This document shows, in pieces, positions 22,681 to 36,080 of a stretch of DNA of 64,000 nucleotides (positions within the stretch are counted from its first letter, which is position 1; every line of letters starts with the position of its first letter). Below the pieces are notes generated by a model. The model worked only from the letters and a program-made list of their open reading frames with translations, was not told the origin of the DNA and did not search any database. The stretch is from NCBI GenBank assembly GCA_964234715.1, contig OZ174277.1; one strand, 5' to 3'. The position numbers were made by a program, and so were the translations under genes. Origin of the DNA: Podarcis melisellensis (lineage: Eukaryota).

Positions 22681-23888
22681 ATACTACTAGATAAAAAATA
22701 CGTATATTGTGCTTGGGATAACATGCAGCCCAGAGATATAAATGATAAAACCTGAAATTTCAGTTCAGTATAATTTCTACATTACAACAGAACCAAATTC
22801 AGTGCAATGTATGATAATGCTAATTCTACCTACAGGCCAATTTCTGTCTTCTCACATGATATACAATTTGCTGAAGGATCCGTCTCTGTTTAAAACAGTA
22901 ACACTTTTTTTGCTCCTCACACCGAAGTTTCTCAGAAACTACATTTTCTGTTGCATTTGATCTGACAGCTTCCCTTAAATTCATCACAGACGATATCAGT
23001 GGCAGCCAAGGGAGTAAAAAAGTCAGCAGAATTGATTTGTTGGAAGATTGGAGAGTGGCAGCCTAGACTGTGGGCACGAGGCTCTGCTGTTGCTTGTCAG
23101 CAGTAAGACCATCTAACAAGAGGAGATTTTCTGACTTTGTCGTATAATATCATTTATGTTGCTTCCTTTACCACAGTAGAACACTTTCTCCTTGAGTCCA
23201 CGGGTGGGTCATCTGTGCTCATAAACCAAGATCAGATTCACTCTCTTAGTGACTGCTGCATCTTTATCTTTAAAGGCAAAAAGTAGGGGAAGCCATGGAA
23301 AACCACAGAACCATGGAAATTCACATGCCCTTCAGTTCAAATCATTCAGGGTTGTAAATCTTTGAAGCTGCTGGCACATTCTGCTCTTTAGTGAATGTGC
23401 CACTGAGATCCTGTTCTCTGCTCTCTCAATGCAAGATATTATGTTGACTGCTACACCAAAGACATTACTTCTGGGTAGTGGGTCCACACTTCTAGAGTGC
23501 TGTCCCCCATGAAATAATCTTCAAATTTTCTGAAGATTTCAAGATGGGAAAATGAAAAGAAAGAAAGAAATTGCTTCCCCCATTTTCCCTTTTTGATGTG
23601 TTAATCCCTACTGTTCAAGGGGTTGTAATGTACTTTTGATTGTATAGTTATTGCGGTTTGTTGTCTTTTTGTTAAATTGTGCGTATTGCCTCGGAGGGAG
23701 GGGCAACTGTGTTCCATAAGGTGGCCAGGCAATAAATAAATAAACACACTAAAACCTAATTGATTTTAGTGGGGTTGGGTACACTTCTAAGGGTCTCCAG
23801 GTTTTGCCCTGTATATTAGGACCAAAACATGAGTGGTCCGCCCCCCGCCCCCCACTTTGTGGCAAAGGAAAAATAAGTTTTATTCTCA

Positions 23889-24298
23889 ATAGGATGGGTG
23901 AATATGTCACTTTCCATTCCTGCAGTGTCTCATTCTTCCAATGTTCCATTCAGTTTTCCACATTTCTACATCAGTTTCTGGTTTGTTTTTTTTAAAAAAA
24001 TCTCATAAAATGTGCAAATTTCTCCTACTACCCATTTTTGTGTGCAATTTTGCATATTGTACACATTGATGCAAAACAATCTCCCCTCATATAATGCATT
24101 TTAGTGTGTTATTTTCAGTAGTATTTTCATTTATATGCACGCTTATCACTAGTATGTGAATTTTTGTGCACGGTGATCGGCTGCAGAACCTCATTGCAAA
24201 GTTTGAATAAGTGAATTTCAAAGGATAGCTGTGTTCACAAATGGCTTTGGAAAATGAAAAAAAAGTTTGCTTTTAAATGTGAACTGAATTGAATTTCC
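23889..24298 (+). mobile_element. Old interspersed repeat (probable non-autonomous DNA element); inverted homolog at 44008-44390
   Basis: TAGGATGGGTGAATATG ... CACATTTCTACATCAGTT ... ATAGCTGTGTT ... TTTAAATGTGAACTGAATTGA matches the reverse complement of 44008-44390. Confidence 0.55.
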
Positions 24299-24899
24299 TG
24301 ATTTTCCTGATTATCAGAAGTTCAGATATGAGACGACTTCTGTGCCTTGGGAAAGTGCTGCAAGAATCACAGGAACCAAGCTAATGACTGCTGAACTGTC
24401 CACAGGGAGATGCTGGTTCACAAATTGTGTCTCTGAATGAGTGAGCCCAGCTGGGACCTATATAATATCATGTCACACAACCTTAATATTTGCCTACTGG
24501 TCTCTCTTCTTAGAACAAAATCAACATATTTATTTTGTTTTTGCAATGGCCCTGGATGCTATATAATTCTTTACCTATAATTATTTTGAGAGATTGTAGG
24601 TTTGAAATAGGGACCGTAGAGATTTGTTCTCCAAAGAAAATGAAGAATTCAGTCTTAGTAATTAGGCTCTGCACAATCCTATGTATCTAGACCATCTAAT
24701 CAATTCCCAGTAGCTCTTAATGAGATTGAGACTTCTTAAATGTACATATACATTGAGTTGGGGTTGCCACTGTAGCTCTTGTATGTGCAATGGCACCCTT
24801 GAGAGTGTCCCCTGCTGCCCCCTGCTCACTGTTGCCATTGTTTTGAGGTGGCAAAGGTGATCGCCCCATTTAAAAGCTCTCTGGGTATCATTGGAGCAA

Positions 24900-25012
24900 T
24901 CATTTTCCTAGACACACCTACCTCACAGGGTTGTTGTGAGGATAAAAGGAGGAGGAGGAGGAAAACATTCCAACTTGAGCTATTTGGAGAGAAAGTAAAT
25001 GTAATAATAAAT
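24900..25012 (+). mobile_element. 3' fragment of MIR/CORE-like SINE
   Basis: ACCTACCTCACAGGGTTGTTGTGAGGATAAAA ... TTGAGCTATTTGGAG ... AATGTAATAATAAA. Confidence 0.55.
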
Positions 25013-28000
25013 TAGTGAATTATCACAGAGCTAGATTTGCTGATATACCTCATGCCTCTGTGCCCTCCTTTATCTCCTTTTACAGATGTTAAAATGAAGT
25101 ACTGCAAAAGCCCATTCTGTACGTTTTTCCTATAGTTATAAGAAAAAACAGCATGATAGAAAATTGGCATTCCTGGAGGGTTAATACTGTTCTGTTAACA
25201 ACTGCCAGAGCAAGTAATTCATCATGCCTCGCCATTGGAAAGCCGGAAGATTCATTTCTGAATAATCAGTGGCAAAAAGAACCAATAAATAATAATATTT
25301 AAAAGGTCATTGTAAAGAAGAGATAGAATGTGATTGTCCCCTTCCCCCTTTTTTCTAAAGCCTTTTATGTGAGAATTAGTCAAGAATTTATGGCAAAATG
25401 TAGAGACAATCTGAAATTGCCTTTCATACCATTTTGCACTTATTATGAATATTTATTCGGTTTGCCCTTTATGGCAAGTCTGCAACTCAAGAACATGGAG
25501 GGGAGTGAATTGAGAAATGGTCCTTAACGTCGTCTCTTTTGAGGCATTCTAATATTTTAAGATAGTTTAAAAAATAAAAAAAGTACCACACCCAGGATTT
25601 CACATGTGAGCTTGAAATGAAGCCAAGTCAATCAGTGACGAGAACACCCGATGATATGATTCTCTGTAAGCCAAGACAGCTTCATAGAAGATCCCGATTT
25701 TAGCTACTAATTGTCCATGTTTCATCACACCTGCAAAGAGCCTCGTTAAATCAACAGCATCACAAATTTTTGAAGCATCCAGATTTTTGAGGCCTTAGTC
25801 TTTTCAACAATCACTACACATCTCACATCTGGACGGGTGGAACTCCTATAACTTCTTATTAGCTGTAGATAGAGTGAAATCTCTGTCCCCATTGATGAAA
25901 CAGAATCCCAACCAAAACAACAGGATTCTTTTGTGGCAGCAAACACCATGTTGTGCAGTAGAGAGATTTACTTACAATGAGATTCATCATATTTTTACGG
26001 TCCTCCCAAGTGATGATGGCTACAAATGCTAGTTCTGCTTACTACCTTTTTGTACCTCCTCCAAAAATGTTAGGACAATGTGCATGTGCAGGGTTTTCTC
26101 CCATATTATCCTCTCAAAAATACTATGAGGTAGGCTAGGCTGAGAGATTGTCACTGGCCCAAAGGTCACCCAGCAGACTTAATGGCTGATCAGGAATGTG
26201 AATCTTCTCTTCCCCTCCCCCTTACTCTTTCTGCTTATCAGAGTTTGGGATTAGGAAGTGGATAGACAGCTGTGCTTGTGCAGGCATCTGAAATGTTATT
26301 TTAATAGTATGAAGTACAAAGTCTGCCACTTGAATAATAACAAGCATCAGATGAAGGGGGAATTGGAAAGAAAGAGATCTGAAGCTGAACATAGGATTAT
26401 CGAGAGTCAGAAATACAGCTATAAAAACGGAACATAAAAATCCATCGATGTATTAATTAGGTGTTATGCTTTTAACAGGGCAGAGAAGTATTAAAAGCAT
26501 TCTTAATAAGGATGATTCAAAGCACATATTTTTAATCATCTTTATTAACCACAGAAGTATGAGAGTTGTGAGGCATTCTTGCTTCTTTACCTGCCACACA
26601 AAGAAACTGTACTAACAAGATAGGCATCTACAACTTTTCAGAGTGTCACTTAGCCCATTCCCAGCACTGAGAAATGTCCTTGTGTTGGCTGTGTCTGGAA
26701 GTGCTGGTGATACAGGAGCATGAATGCTGTTGTGGCCCAACTGAACTTGGCTGGAAAAAAAATCTCATCAACTCTTTTCCATATGGCAATAACAATTCCG
26801 AGTTGCATCAGTCAAAATAAAGCTTCAGTCTCTATGCAAAATCAATATTTTGCCTATGTACATTACTCTAGGCCTAGAGGCAAAAGACTTGCTTGCTAGG
26901 CTGGGATTTTAATTTAATCTTTGACAGATTTTGTTACTGAACATGTTCTGTAAATCACATTGGTCCCACTCACATTGGTGCATATTTCATTGTCAATAAA
27001 TCACACTGGAAAGTGTTTTGAATTGCAAACAGAATGGGATTAGCCACTGCCTTTTGGGGGTTGTTATTGTTTCTGCTCACAGCCCTAAATAGAGATCAAA
27101 TGAGCACTGGAAATTCCAAGGATTAGGTGCCTTCCAACAAATTTCACTGCAAACGCCAGAATTTTAATTTTTATTTAGCTGGTGGCTTCACAGATAACCT
27201 TTGGAAGGCAAGCGGCTTAGGCTGCTGAGGCCCAAAGATGCAGCCTTGGCCTCAATCCAAGCTGCCCTCTCTTAGGGCAGCAAAAGTCACTCAACACAAG
27301 GCATGGCATACACTTGTTCTTTATTAGGAGTGGAGGGTTATTGGTTTTTGTTTTTTTAAATGTGTTTTGTGTTCTCGTTTTGTATTTTTACGTTGTAAAC
27401 TGCCCTGTGACCTTTGAATGAAGGGCAGTATACAAATTTAATAAATAATAAATTATTACCTGTTAGGGATGTTTGCTGCTGATCTTGGAAAAAAACATTT
27501 GGTGACAGGGTGGTGGGATAGCCAGTACAGAAATACTGTTGCTATTCTGCTTTGCTATTTTCCTGGTTGTGCTATTTTCCAAAGTATATAATCTTAGCCA
27601 ATGAAACAGGAAAAGTGGCTACAGCTGTTAATACTGGTCATTGACTGTAAGAAATTGATTGATTGACTACAGCTGTCACCAGGCTGTTGAGAATTGTTTT
27701 TGTCTCTTCTCTCTCTCTCCTCCCACCCATGACATTGTTCCTTATTTTTCATACTTTAGCATCAGTGCTAGTCAACATGCAGTTTTAAACGTATGTATTA
27801 AAACATTGTGTGCTTGGGATTAAATGTTTTCTTGCTCAGGTGTTAGCCTGTTGAGGTAGCAGTCTTAATCATGGGTCTTCCATTCTGCAACTGGAATTGC
27901 AGTGGAAGGGAAATTAAGTGTTCAACTCCATCACTACCATGTATTGAGCAGGCTGGAAGTCTGGACGTATTTGAGTATATAATGTCAGCAATGTTTAATA

Positions 28001-28994
28001 CTGTACATGGCAAGGCTTGCAGGCAGTGATCCTTGTTGTGTTTCTAGGGGTGCTATAAACACCCGAGGGTGTGCCTGTTTTCATTAATGAAAAGTTGGGA
28101 GATGAAGTGCTAATTGAGGCACTACTGGAAATGAGTTTTCTAGAACTGATGTGATCACTTTTCTCCTTCCCTCATTTTTTTGGCAGGAGACTGATTGGTG
28201 GATGTGTGAAGCTGTGGTCCAGTAGCACAATGTTAAAGCAGAGAGAGTGTTTCTTGATGCGGCTTTCCTTGTGGAACACCAAGTGACTGGATTGCTTTTT
28301 ATGAGGCCAAATCTGAGTGTTTTGGCCTTACCAATATACATAGCTGAGGATGGGAGGAAATGTAGATTTGGTCATCATCTTAGTCCTTCCCAGCAATCTT
28401 TTGTTTAGATCCCCACAGTGGTATCAACCAGTGATCTTGTAGTAAATAGTAACCTTACTGGTAAAATCTTTTAATCCCTTAAAATGTCTATTACTTGACT
28501 CTTACTTCCTTGGGGAATCATTTAATTAGCCAGCCTGTGGTGGAATCAGCAAGAATCCAAATCCTATTGGATGTTTAAGGCAGTGCTGGCTCTCATGTGC
28601 ACATTTCCTAAAGTCACTTTGTAATACTGCATTATTCGCCGGCAAAAACCTGCTCCAGAAACCTGTGGGAAGGAACCAAGTGTTTTCACTGAAGGAAGAC
28701 TTCCAGGGAAGCACAAGAATTGGTAAGATAAAAGTAAACATTTAATGCCACTATATTTTGATATCTTTTAAACATCATATCTTTGACAATATGTTTCACA
28801 CCTCATATACCACAAAAGGTAAGAGATTCTTTTTTTAAACCAGCAAACAGTGAACTTTACATTTTAATGGCAAAAGGCTTGACATATTCATTCATTCAGT
28901 TTCCATTTTGTGTGTGTTTCTCGGTTACTTTTCCATTCTTGTCCTCCTGCTGTCTGGGTCCACCCCCTCCCTGTTGGTTCTTTTTCCAGCAAAG

Positions 28995-29335
28995 CGGAGG
29001 TGAGGAACCTCAGAGGCTCTGGGGTCAAGTTCCGGCCCCCAGCCCACTCTGTCTGGCTCCCAGGACTCTTCTCAGGCCACATCCCCTCTCTCTAGGCCAA
29101 CCCTCGCCAGCCCTCCTTGAGTGATCCTACTTGACTGGAATGAGTCTTTGAACCCCGACAATGGCTCTTAGTTGCCTGGATCAAGGAAGCTAGCATGTAC
29201 AAAGGTAACATTTACATTTGTCTCTTCAGCCACTTTTGTCTCTGGCCCCATCCATTGCTGGCATGTGGCTGACCCCCTGGAAGGTTGCACAGATGGGAAT
29301 GTGGCCCTGGGTCTGGAAGAAGTCCCCCACCCCCG
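28995..29335. mobile_element. Degraded hAT-like MITE
   Basis: Ends CGGAGGTGAGGAACCT / AAGTCCCCCACCCCCG form degenerate TIRs; internal GGCCC motifs; GC-richer than the flanks. Confidence 0.45.
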
Positions 29336-32300
29336 TAATGGAGCTTAGGTGATATAGCAGACGATTTGTGTGTAGATCTGTCTTCTTGTGGAACTTCTCG
29401 TGACTGACTCAGTAGAAGTGATTCCCCCTAGCAGGGGTCTCTCTCCAACCTTACGTGACTTTATTATACCACGGTTACTATGGAAAAGGACATAGCCACA
29501 GACAGAATGAAATGGATTCAGCAAATGTACACTTCAATGCATAGCACTTAGATAAGCATTTCCAATCATGATGGTTAAATAAATTATAAAGTACAAGCAA
29601 TTCTATAAAGCAAGAACATCCTGAGTTTACAAATAAATTATGTCCTTCATACGTCAAATAGGTGATGGATGTCAGATAGCAGTTTCAGCTAGGGAAATTG
29701 GGGAAGGAGCTGAAATTTAGAAAAAGTAGTATCTATGTGTACATAAAATCTTTAGGCGAGTGAGTGTTTTATTCAGATACCCATTCACACGCATATTATA
29801 CAATATATAAGGTGGCTAAATTCATATAGAGAGTATATGTCATATAGATATAGCTGAAACTGCTTTAAGCACCACTTTTATTACCATCATTTTATTATAA
29901 AGTATGCTCCAGAGTTGAGTAGGGCCACTCAAAGTTTTACAAAATGCATCCTCTCCTCCATCCTTGGGAGATGTTGAAAGGTCTGTTTGAATGGGTGTTG
30001 CTTGGGCTCAAATAACCTACCATGGATTTTTTCCTGCAACAGGAACATCTTGGACCACCTTGATCAAGCAGGCTGGAAGTTAATGCTTGAATCTGAGTAC
30101 CAGGAATTCAGTAGCAAAAGGTATTCTCAAGATGGTACGTAAAAGAAGTTCATATCAACTCCACCGGCAAATTTGTGGCTAAGTTTGGATAGTCTGACAA
30201 CAGAAGTTTGAGAAACATGCCACATCTGCTTAGTTGGCCAGAGGCAGATGCTCCAATAAAATAAAATAAAAACTTTCATCTGGAAATAGTTTAGAAAAAA
30301 ATGGGTTGCTCTCATTTCTTGACTATTAGCTAGAGCAGAGGAAAAATTCTATGAAGCATCATAGGTGCTCAGCTATTATTTTGCAACCTTTGTGCAAGGT
30401 GGAAGTTATTAGCTAAAAATTAGTTAGGAAATTGCCGAATGAGCCAAAGAATCACAGCCAAGGCTTCTCTGGCTCTGAAGCATATGATCGCCAAGTGCAG
30501 TCACCAGAGCATATGGGCCACTGCTTTCCCCGCTGACATCTGTGGTAGCGAGTTACCATTTAATGAGAGTTTGCTTGATGTTTTACATGATGCTTATGAT
30601 CAACAATAACCATTTTAGATGTTGCTTGCATGTGTCTTTCATCATATATGCCATTTGCCATAGGCACATCACTGTTCCATGCTTTGATGCCAAAATGTCT
30701 TTCCCTCAACACAGATCAGGGAAATATTTTGTGAGCTAATTTAGCTCACCTGCTTTCCTTCAGTCCTCTGCCAATTAGAGAAGGCCTGCATGGGGGCTCA
30801 AAAGGCACAGGGGTGTTGTTTCATTTTATAAGGAGTAAATAGTCACTCTCCATTTTGATCACACATCTGTTTATATTATACATATAGTGGCAGAGTTAAT
30901 CCTAGAGGTCTAGAGTGCACCTGACCTTAAATTATTGACACCTAAATGCATTTTTCTATTTATTTTTATAAATGTTTAAACCATTTTTCAACGGTTTATA
31001 CGAGGCAAATACAGCCACACAGCTTTATAGGCAGGAGAACATGCATAGATAATAACACAGCCCTCGTTCTAAAATATAGTTTCTATAAAATACAGTGGCA
31101 TAAATGGCCAGCCTGCTGGTGAGTGGGGGCTGTAAAGGTTTTATGGACAGAGTTTTGCAATGAGCGTCATAAGTTATGCTTTGCTGCTTGTAAGTAGCTG
31201 CCCTAACTCAAACACATAAAACATAGCTGTACCACCACACAGATTTCCATTGGTTTATCTATGCACCCTCTTAACCTTATTGTTTTTAACTCAGGAAAGT
31301 GAGAAGATGTGTGTGCTATGGCTCTCACTTGTTTTCTGATGTCAGTGTTTAGGAATGCAAATAAGGAAAATTGGAGGCAGGGTTTGTTTGACATGGACAG
31401 CAAACAAAAAAATACCATACTAATCTACAACATTGAATATGATGTGGACATATGAATGGTATTTCCACCACCCTCCTCTACCCCTCTGGAGCTGCATTTT
31501 GCCCCATGGGGAAAATAGTTTCAGATGTTTTCTGTGTTTAGAAAATAGCTTGGGGGAAAGTGTTACATTCCCCAATTCCCAAAGAGGATGCATTGGGGCA
31601 CCACCTTTAGCCTTTTAAGACACTGCCCAATCCTCCATCATCACATCTCATTTGACCCTAGGATTTTGTGCTTCCAGGTTATGCCTGTAATTCAGCAAGT
31701 GACACTTGCACATGATGCCTTCTTGGTTTGATCTAGCGAACGTATCTTAAGCAGCACATGTGTTCTTACCAGGCACCAAGAGGCCATGAAGTAGCTTTGC
31801 AAATGTTGCAAGCTTGGGCCTTGGGAAATTACCTTACTTGCAAATATTTATTTTGCAGGAAATTTCAAGGAATGTGAAGGCGGGTCAGAAGAAAGTGAGG
31901 TGAGAACATATTTCAGAGGAAGATCAGAATTTTACCATTGTTATAAAAGACTTTGTTCATGCACTTGGATCAGGTAGGGAAGACCACATGTTTTTAGGGC
32001 CAGGCTTTTGGTAGTCTTTGTCTGTCTTCACAGGACACAGAGCTGATGTGTGACATTTGTGCCATTGTTGTTGTACTGTAGATTCATTTAATGACTCATG
32101 AATAATCTGATGAACTTTTAATAATGCAGTTGTGACAGTAAATTGTGATACTAGTTGTTTAATATTTCTGAATGCCTTGTTTTGCGTCTCACAATAACTT
32201 ACTGAGAAAGAGAAAGCTGGATCAAGTGGCGTCTCATCTTGGCATGACTACTAAAAATAAAATTGGCAAATTTTGGAGTTTGTTGATAGAAGTGTTTTGA

Positions 32301-32659
32301 AGAGATAGTGGAAGATGCTTATCAAGCGGAGATGCAATAAGGTGTTGCTCATTTAACTCTCCCCCTTTGAAGTATTATGTTCTGATCCATAATATATGTA
32401 CATGTATACAGAAGCAGTCCTCCTTGTCCCCATCCCTAGCCTGATACGAGAATCAAATATGGCAAAAAAGTGTCTCCTACCCAATCCAGCAGATGGAGCA
32501 GTACATATGCTGTTCAATTCTTTAAAAATGTATCTCACAGATCAGAAAGGAGAAAGGGGGCTGGATTCATTTTTTGCAGATCTACTTTTTCTACTGAGCA
32601 GGTTTTGCAGCTTTTTAAAAGGGCTGTTTGTGTATTGGTGCTGTGATGTGTATTGATGT

Positions 32660-32910
32660 GCATCTAAACACAATGGTCCATCTAGTCCAGCATCCTGTTT
32701 CTCATGGTGCTCAACTGGAAGTCTCTGAGAAGCAGGGCATGAAGACTTGCCTTGTTGTGGCTTTAGCACCTGGTATTCAATGCCTATTGACCTCTCAACT
32801 GAAAGGTTCCCTATAGCAATCTTGACTACTCTCCATGAATTTGCCTAATCCCTTTTAAATCCATCCCAACTAGAGGCCACCACCACACCTGATTGCTGTA
32901 AATTCCACAA
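32660..32910 (-). mobile_element. CR1-like LINE 3' remnant
   Basis: CAATGGTCCATCTAGTCCAGCATCCTGTTTC ... CTCCATGAATTTGCCTAATCCCTTTTAAA; homologous to 40170-40386 and 44643-44790. Confidence 0.55.
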
Positions 32911-33461
32911 ACTAGAAGGATGCTGGTCTGATCTACCATAACCATTCCAATGTTCATAGACCCAGAGCCATAACAGGTAGGGAATCATTTGCATTATCTC
33001 TGTAACCAAATGAAGGCAGCTCTAGGACAAACGTAGACACACCTCTGAAAAAAAGAGGCAGTGGTCAATCAACATCACTGGTCTTCAACTGGTGGACTGA
33101 GATGTGGGTTAACAGGAGCACCATCACCATGCAATATAAGGTAAAAGATTAAGAAATTGGTCCCCAAATTCATGCTTGGATTAAAAGTGGATCCTGGGTC
33201 TGAAAAGAATGAAGATACCTGGTCAACATAAACTAAGAGAAATAGTAATTATCTTCATTTGAGCATCCATGTAAATACCACAATCTGAGTACAAAAAGTA
33301 ACAGCTAAAAAAAAAAAAAAGCCGTGAAGACTTCTGCTTTCCTAGTGATGTCAACTGAAGTCTTGTTATTTTGCCAGAAAATCCACATTTATGTTCTTTA
33401 ATAACAAAGTGGACCTCTCCTCTTCCATTACTATCAAATATTTTGGGTTTCATGTACACGG

Positions 33462-33531
33462 TTTAATATCTTTTTTCTCTTTGAGTGGCCTTACTCTCGT
33501 GTGTAACAATAAATGACAGTTAACATTTATT
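33462..33531 (-). promoter_or_regulatory. Putative proximal KIF26B polyadenylation signals (AATAAA 33531-33526; ATTAAA 33467-33462)
   Basis: Plus-strand TTTATT and TTTAAT, ~610-680 nt downstream of the KIF26B stop. Confidence 0.5.
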
Positions 33532-34142
33532 TATATGCTGTATCGGTTAAGAAATATCTCTACAAACACAAGTTACGTAGAAACAGCAAGTCAGAAATAG
33601 GATAAAACACCGAGGGAGGGGAAAACAGGCTGTAAATACATTTCAGAAAATGTGTTTTGATTTTTTGTCTTTTTCTTTTTCTTGACTAGCACCATCTGTA
33701 CACAAGAAAGTATGAACATAAATGTTTGGATAATAAAGATTTGCAAGGCACTTAAGACAGTCTTCCTGTGTATTTTTACTTCAATGGTGCTCTCAGCAGC
33801 AGTCGGTCCTACATCTGCTCTTCCTCCCTCTACAGCTATTGTTGAGGGGTAAAGTCACTTCTGCCAGCAGTTCCTATTTACAAACATGTCCTTAAAGATT
33901 TCTCAAAGTGCTCTTTCAGGCTAGGAGATTCCACGTCCTTATTTCTCAGCATCTTTGCTTTTCATCCTCATCATCTAGTCAATGTACGCACCACTCTTCA
34001 GCATAGTAAGAGGGGGGAAATCTCTTCCACACACAGTCAAAACATGACACCAACCTTCATCCTCATTCTAGGTCTTTGGGGTGCTGTTCAAAAGGGAGAA
34101 AGGGGAGTGGCAGTAGTCCAAAATGTTCTCGAGGTTAATTCT

Positions 34143-34291
34143 TCACCGACGCCCAGAAGTGATGTCAAAGCAGGTGATCATCATGAGGTGGGCCTTGCAA
34201 TAGTTGACACGGTTCTCTAGCCGCTCAGTCACGCACTCAAGAGCCTCCAAGTACTCCAGGGAATCCAAGTCAAATACTTGCTCCAGATCAA
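34143..34291 (-). CDS. KIF26B: KIF26B terminal coding exon
   Basis: Acceptor TTCCTTTCCCGCAG; phase 1; (F)[48 protein letters not shown], matching the KIF26B C-terminus. Confidence 0.95.
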
Positions 34292-34626
34292 CTGCGGGAA
34301 AGGAAGCAAAAGGCCCAGCACATTACCCAAATTGGTAGCGCAAGCCCTACATCACTGTTATCTTTAAGGGCTCATTCACACAGGTGTGTATATTACTCAA
34401 GGGACTGGATTCAAAGAACTGTGAAAGGAAAGAGTTTGTGCAAGAAACGGGCAATGCTATGACAGGTAGGTTCTATAGCAGGCCTCAGTGGCCTCAGTGG
34501 AAGAACATGGTTAGATTTGTTTTAGCTGTCCTCATACAATGATCCTGAGTTCAGAAGTCACCATTTGCATGCAGAAAGGCAAGTGAACTTATGAACAGGC
34601 TCTGCTGAAAATGCTCATAACAAGTA

Positions 34627-34868
34627 CAGTGGTACCTCGGGTTACATATGCTTCAGGTTACATACACTTCAGGTTACAGACTCCGCTAACCCAGAAATAG
34701 TACCTCGGGTTAAGAACTTTGCTTCAGGATGAGAACAGAAATCGTGCTCCAGTGGTGCGGCGGCAGCAGGAGGCTCCATTAGCTAAAGTGGTGCTTCAGG
34801 TTAAGAACAGTTTCATGTTAAGAACGGACCTCCAGAACGAATTAAGTACTTAACCCGAGGTACCACTG
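34627..34868 (-). mobile_element. pogo/Tigger-like MITE, family A, copy 5
   Basis: Perfect 18-bp TIR CAGTGGTACCTCGGGTTA, TA on both sides. Confidence 0.92.
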
Positions 34869-35929
34869 TAATATGAAGTTCCCTGCACCACATGATAAAA
34901 AGTAAATATTTTATGGACCTTTCATAGTACATAAAAGACTTAAGACCACAATCCTAAAGCCACATCATAAGAGATGTGGCAAAGAGGGCCTCCATCAGTG
35001 GGATGGTGGAGTGCCTGGTACATCTACAGGAAGCTCTGTCCTGTCAGTGGTGCATTGTTAGTGGTAGGGCATATTGACCCTGAAGAGCAGAAACTACACC
35101 AGCCCTGGAGCTGGCATAGAGATTTTCCTTCCTACTGATGTCAAATAGTATTTTCTCAACCATGGGAGCTCACCACCACCACTTTAGGATTGCGCAGTAA
35201 TAGGCTGGCTGCAACACGTGCTTTTGTGGATCAGAGCCCTCTTTTTTCAGGTGCCCAAAGTCCTATCGTTAGTGTTATTCTCTGCTCTAAGTAGCTAGCA
35301 GCAAAATACTTTTCCTTTATAGTTGAGGTACCCTCACCTATTAATTTAGCCAGCTTTGGCTGTATCTGTTATACATTTTGTTTGCTTCTTTAGAAGAATC
35401 CTTCCTAATTTGAATATGGGATTCTTTAATCTCTTTATGAATGAGCTGTATGAACTCTATCCTTTTCTAGCTATATGTAAAAGGGGGAAAAAAACAAATT
35501 AATGTCTTCATAAGTCATTTCAACCAAATTTGCCTGAAAGTATTATTTCACAGCAGGAGAGCAGATTTAAAATATAATTCATATGTCTGAGTGATCTGAG
35601 GGCAAAGGGGGGTGGGGAGGGAAATCTAATTTTCAGAAGCTCTGGAGTGAGACGCCTAAGCGTTAATCTAGTGATGGCAATATTCCTCACTAGAATGCTG
35701 CATAATTCCTGGCTTTGACTCTTGAGCAAATAGGCCCACTTGGTTCCAATGTCACAGTTTAATAGGAATTATGCAGGAACAGTTTTAGAAATGCAGTCGA
35801 TCCAAATCTGCTCCAGATCAAACATCAGCACAGGCTTTGCTTATAAACATAGTAGTTCATGACTTAGCTACAGCACCAGTAAAGTTTTGTGTCAATGAAA
35901 TAAACCAACTATAGGCAGTAAAACCTTAC

Positions 35930-36080
35930 ATTCACTGAGCCATTTATTAGGATCCAGCATCAGGTACTGTTTGGTCACTTCCAGCTCCCTCATTAACCAC
36001 TCGTACTTGGCCTTGACCTCTGCAATTCGCTGCTGCCGGTGCTCCAAGATTTTCAGTTTAGCGTTGAAGCAAATCACCTC
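35930..36080 (-). CDS. KIF26B: KIF26B penultimate coding exon (151 nt)
   Basis: CAG|GAG GTG ATT TGC ... [50 protein letters not shown] + T|GTAAG; phases 0/1 fit the neighbouring exons. Confidence 0.95.

Noticed and set aside
30731-30749. GTGAGCTAA-T-TTAGCTCAC inverted repeat
   Set aside because: 9-bp arms with a short spacer are within chance expectation for 64 kb.
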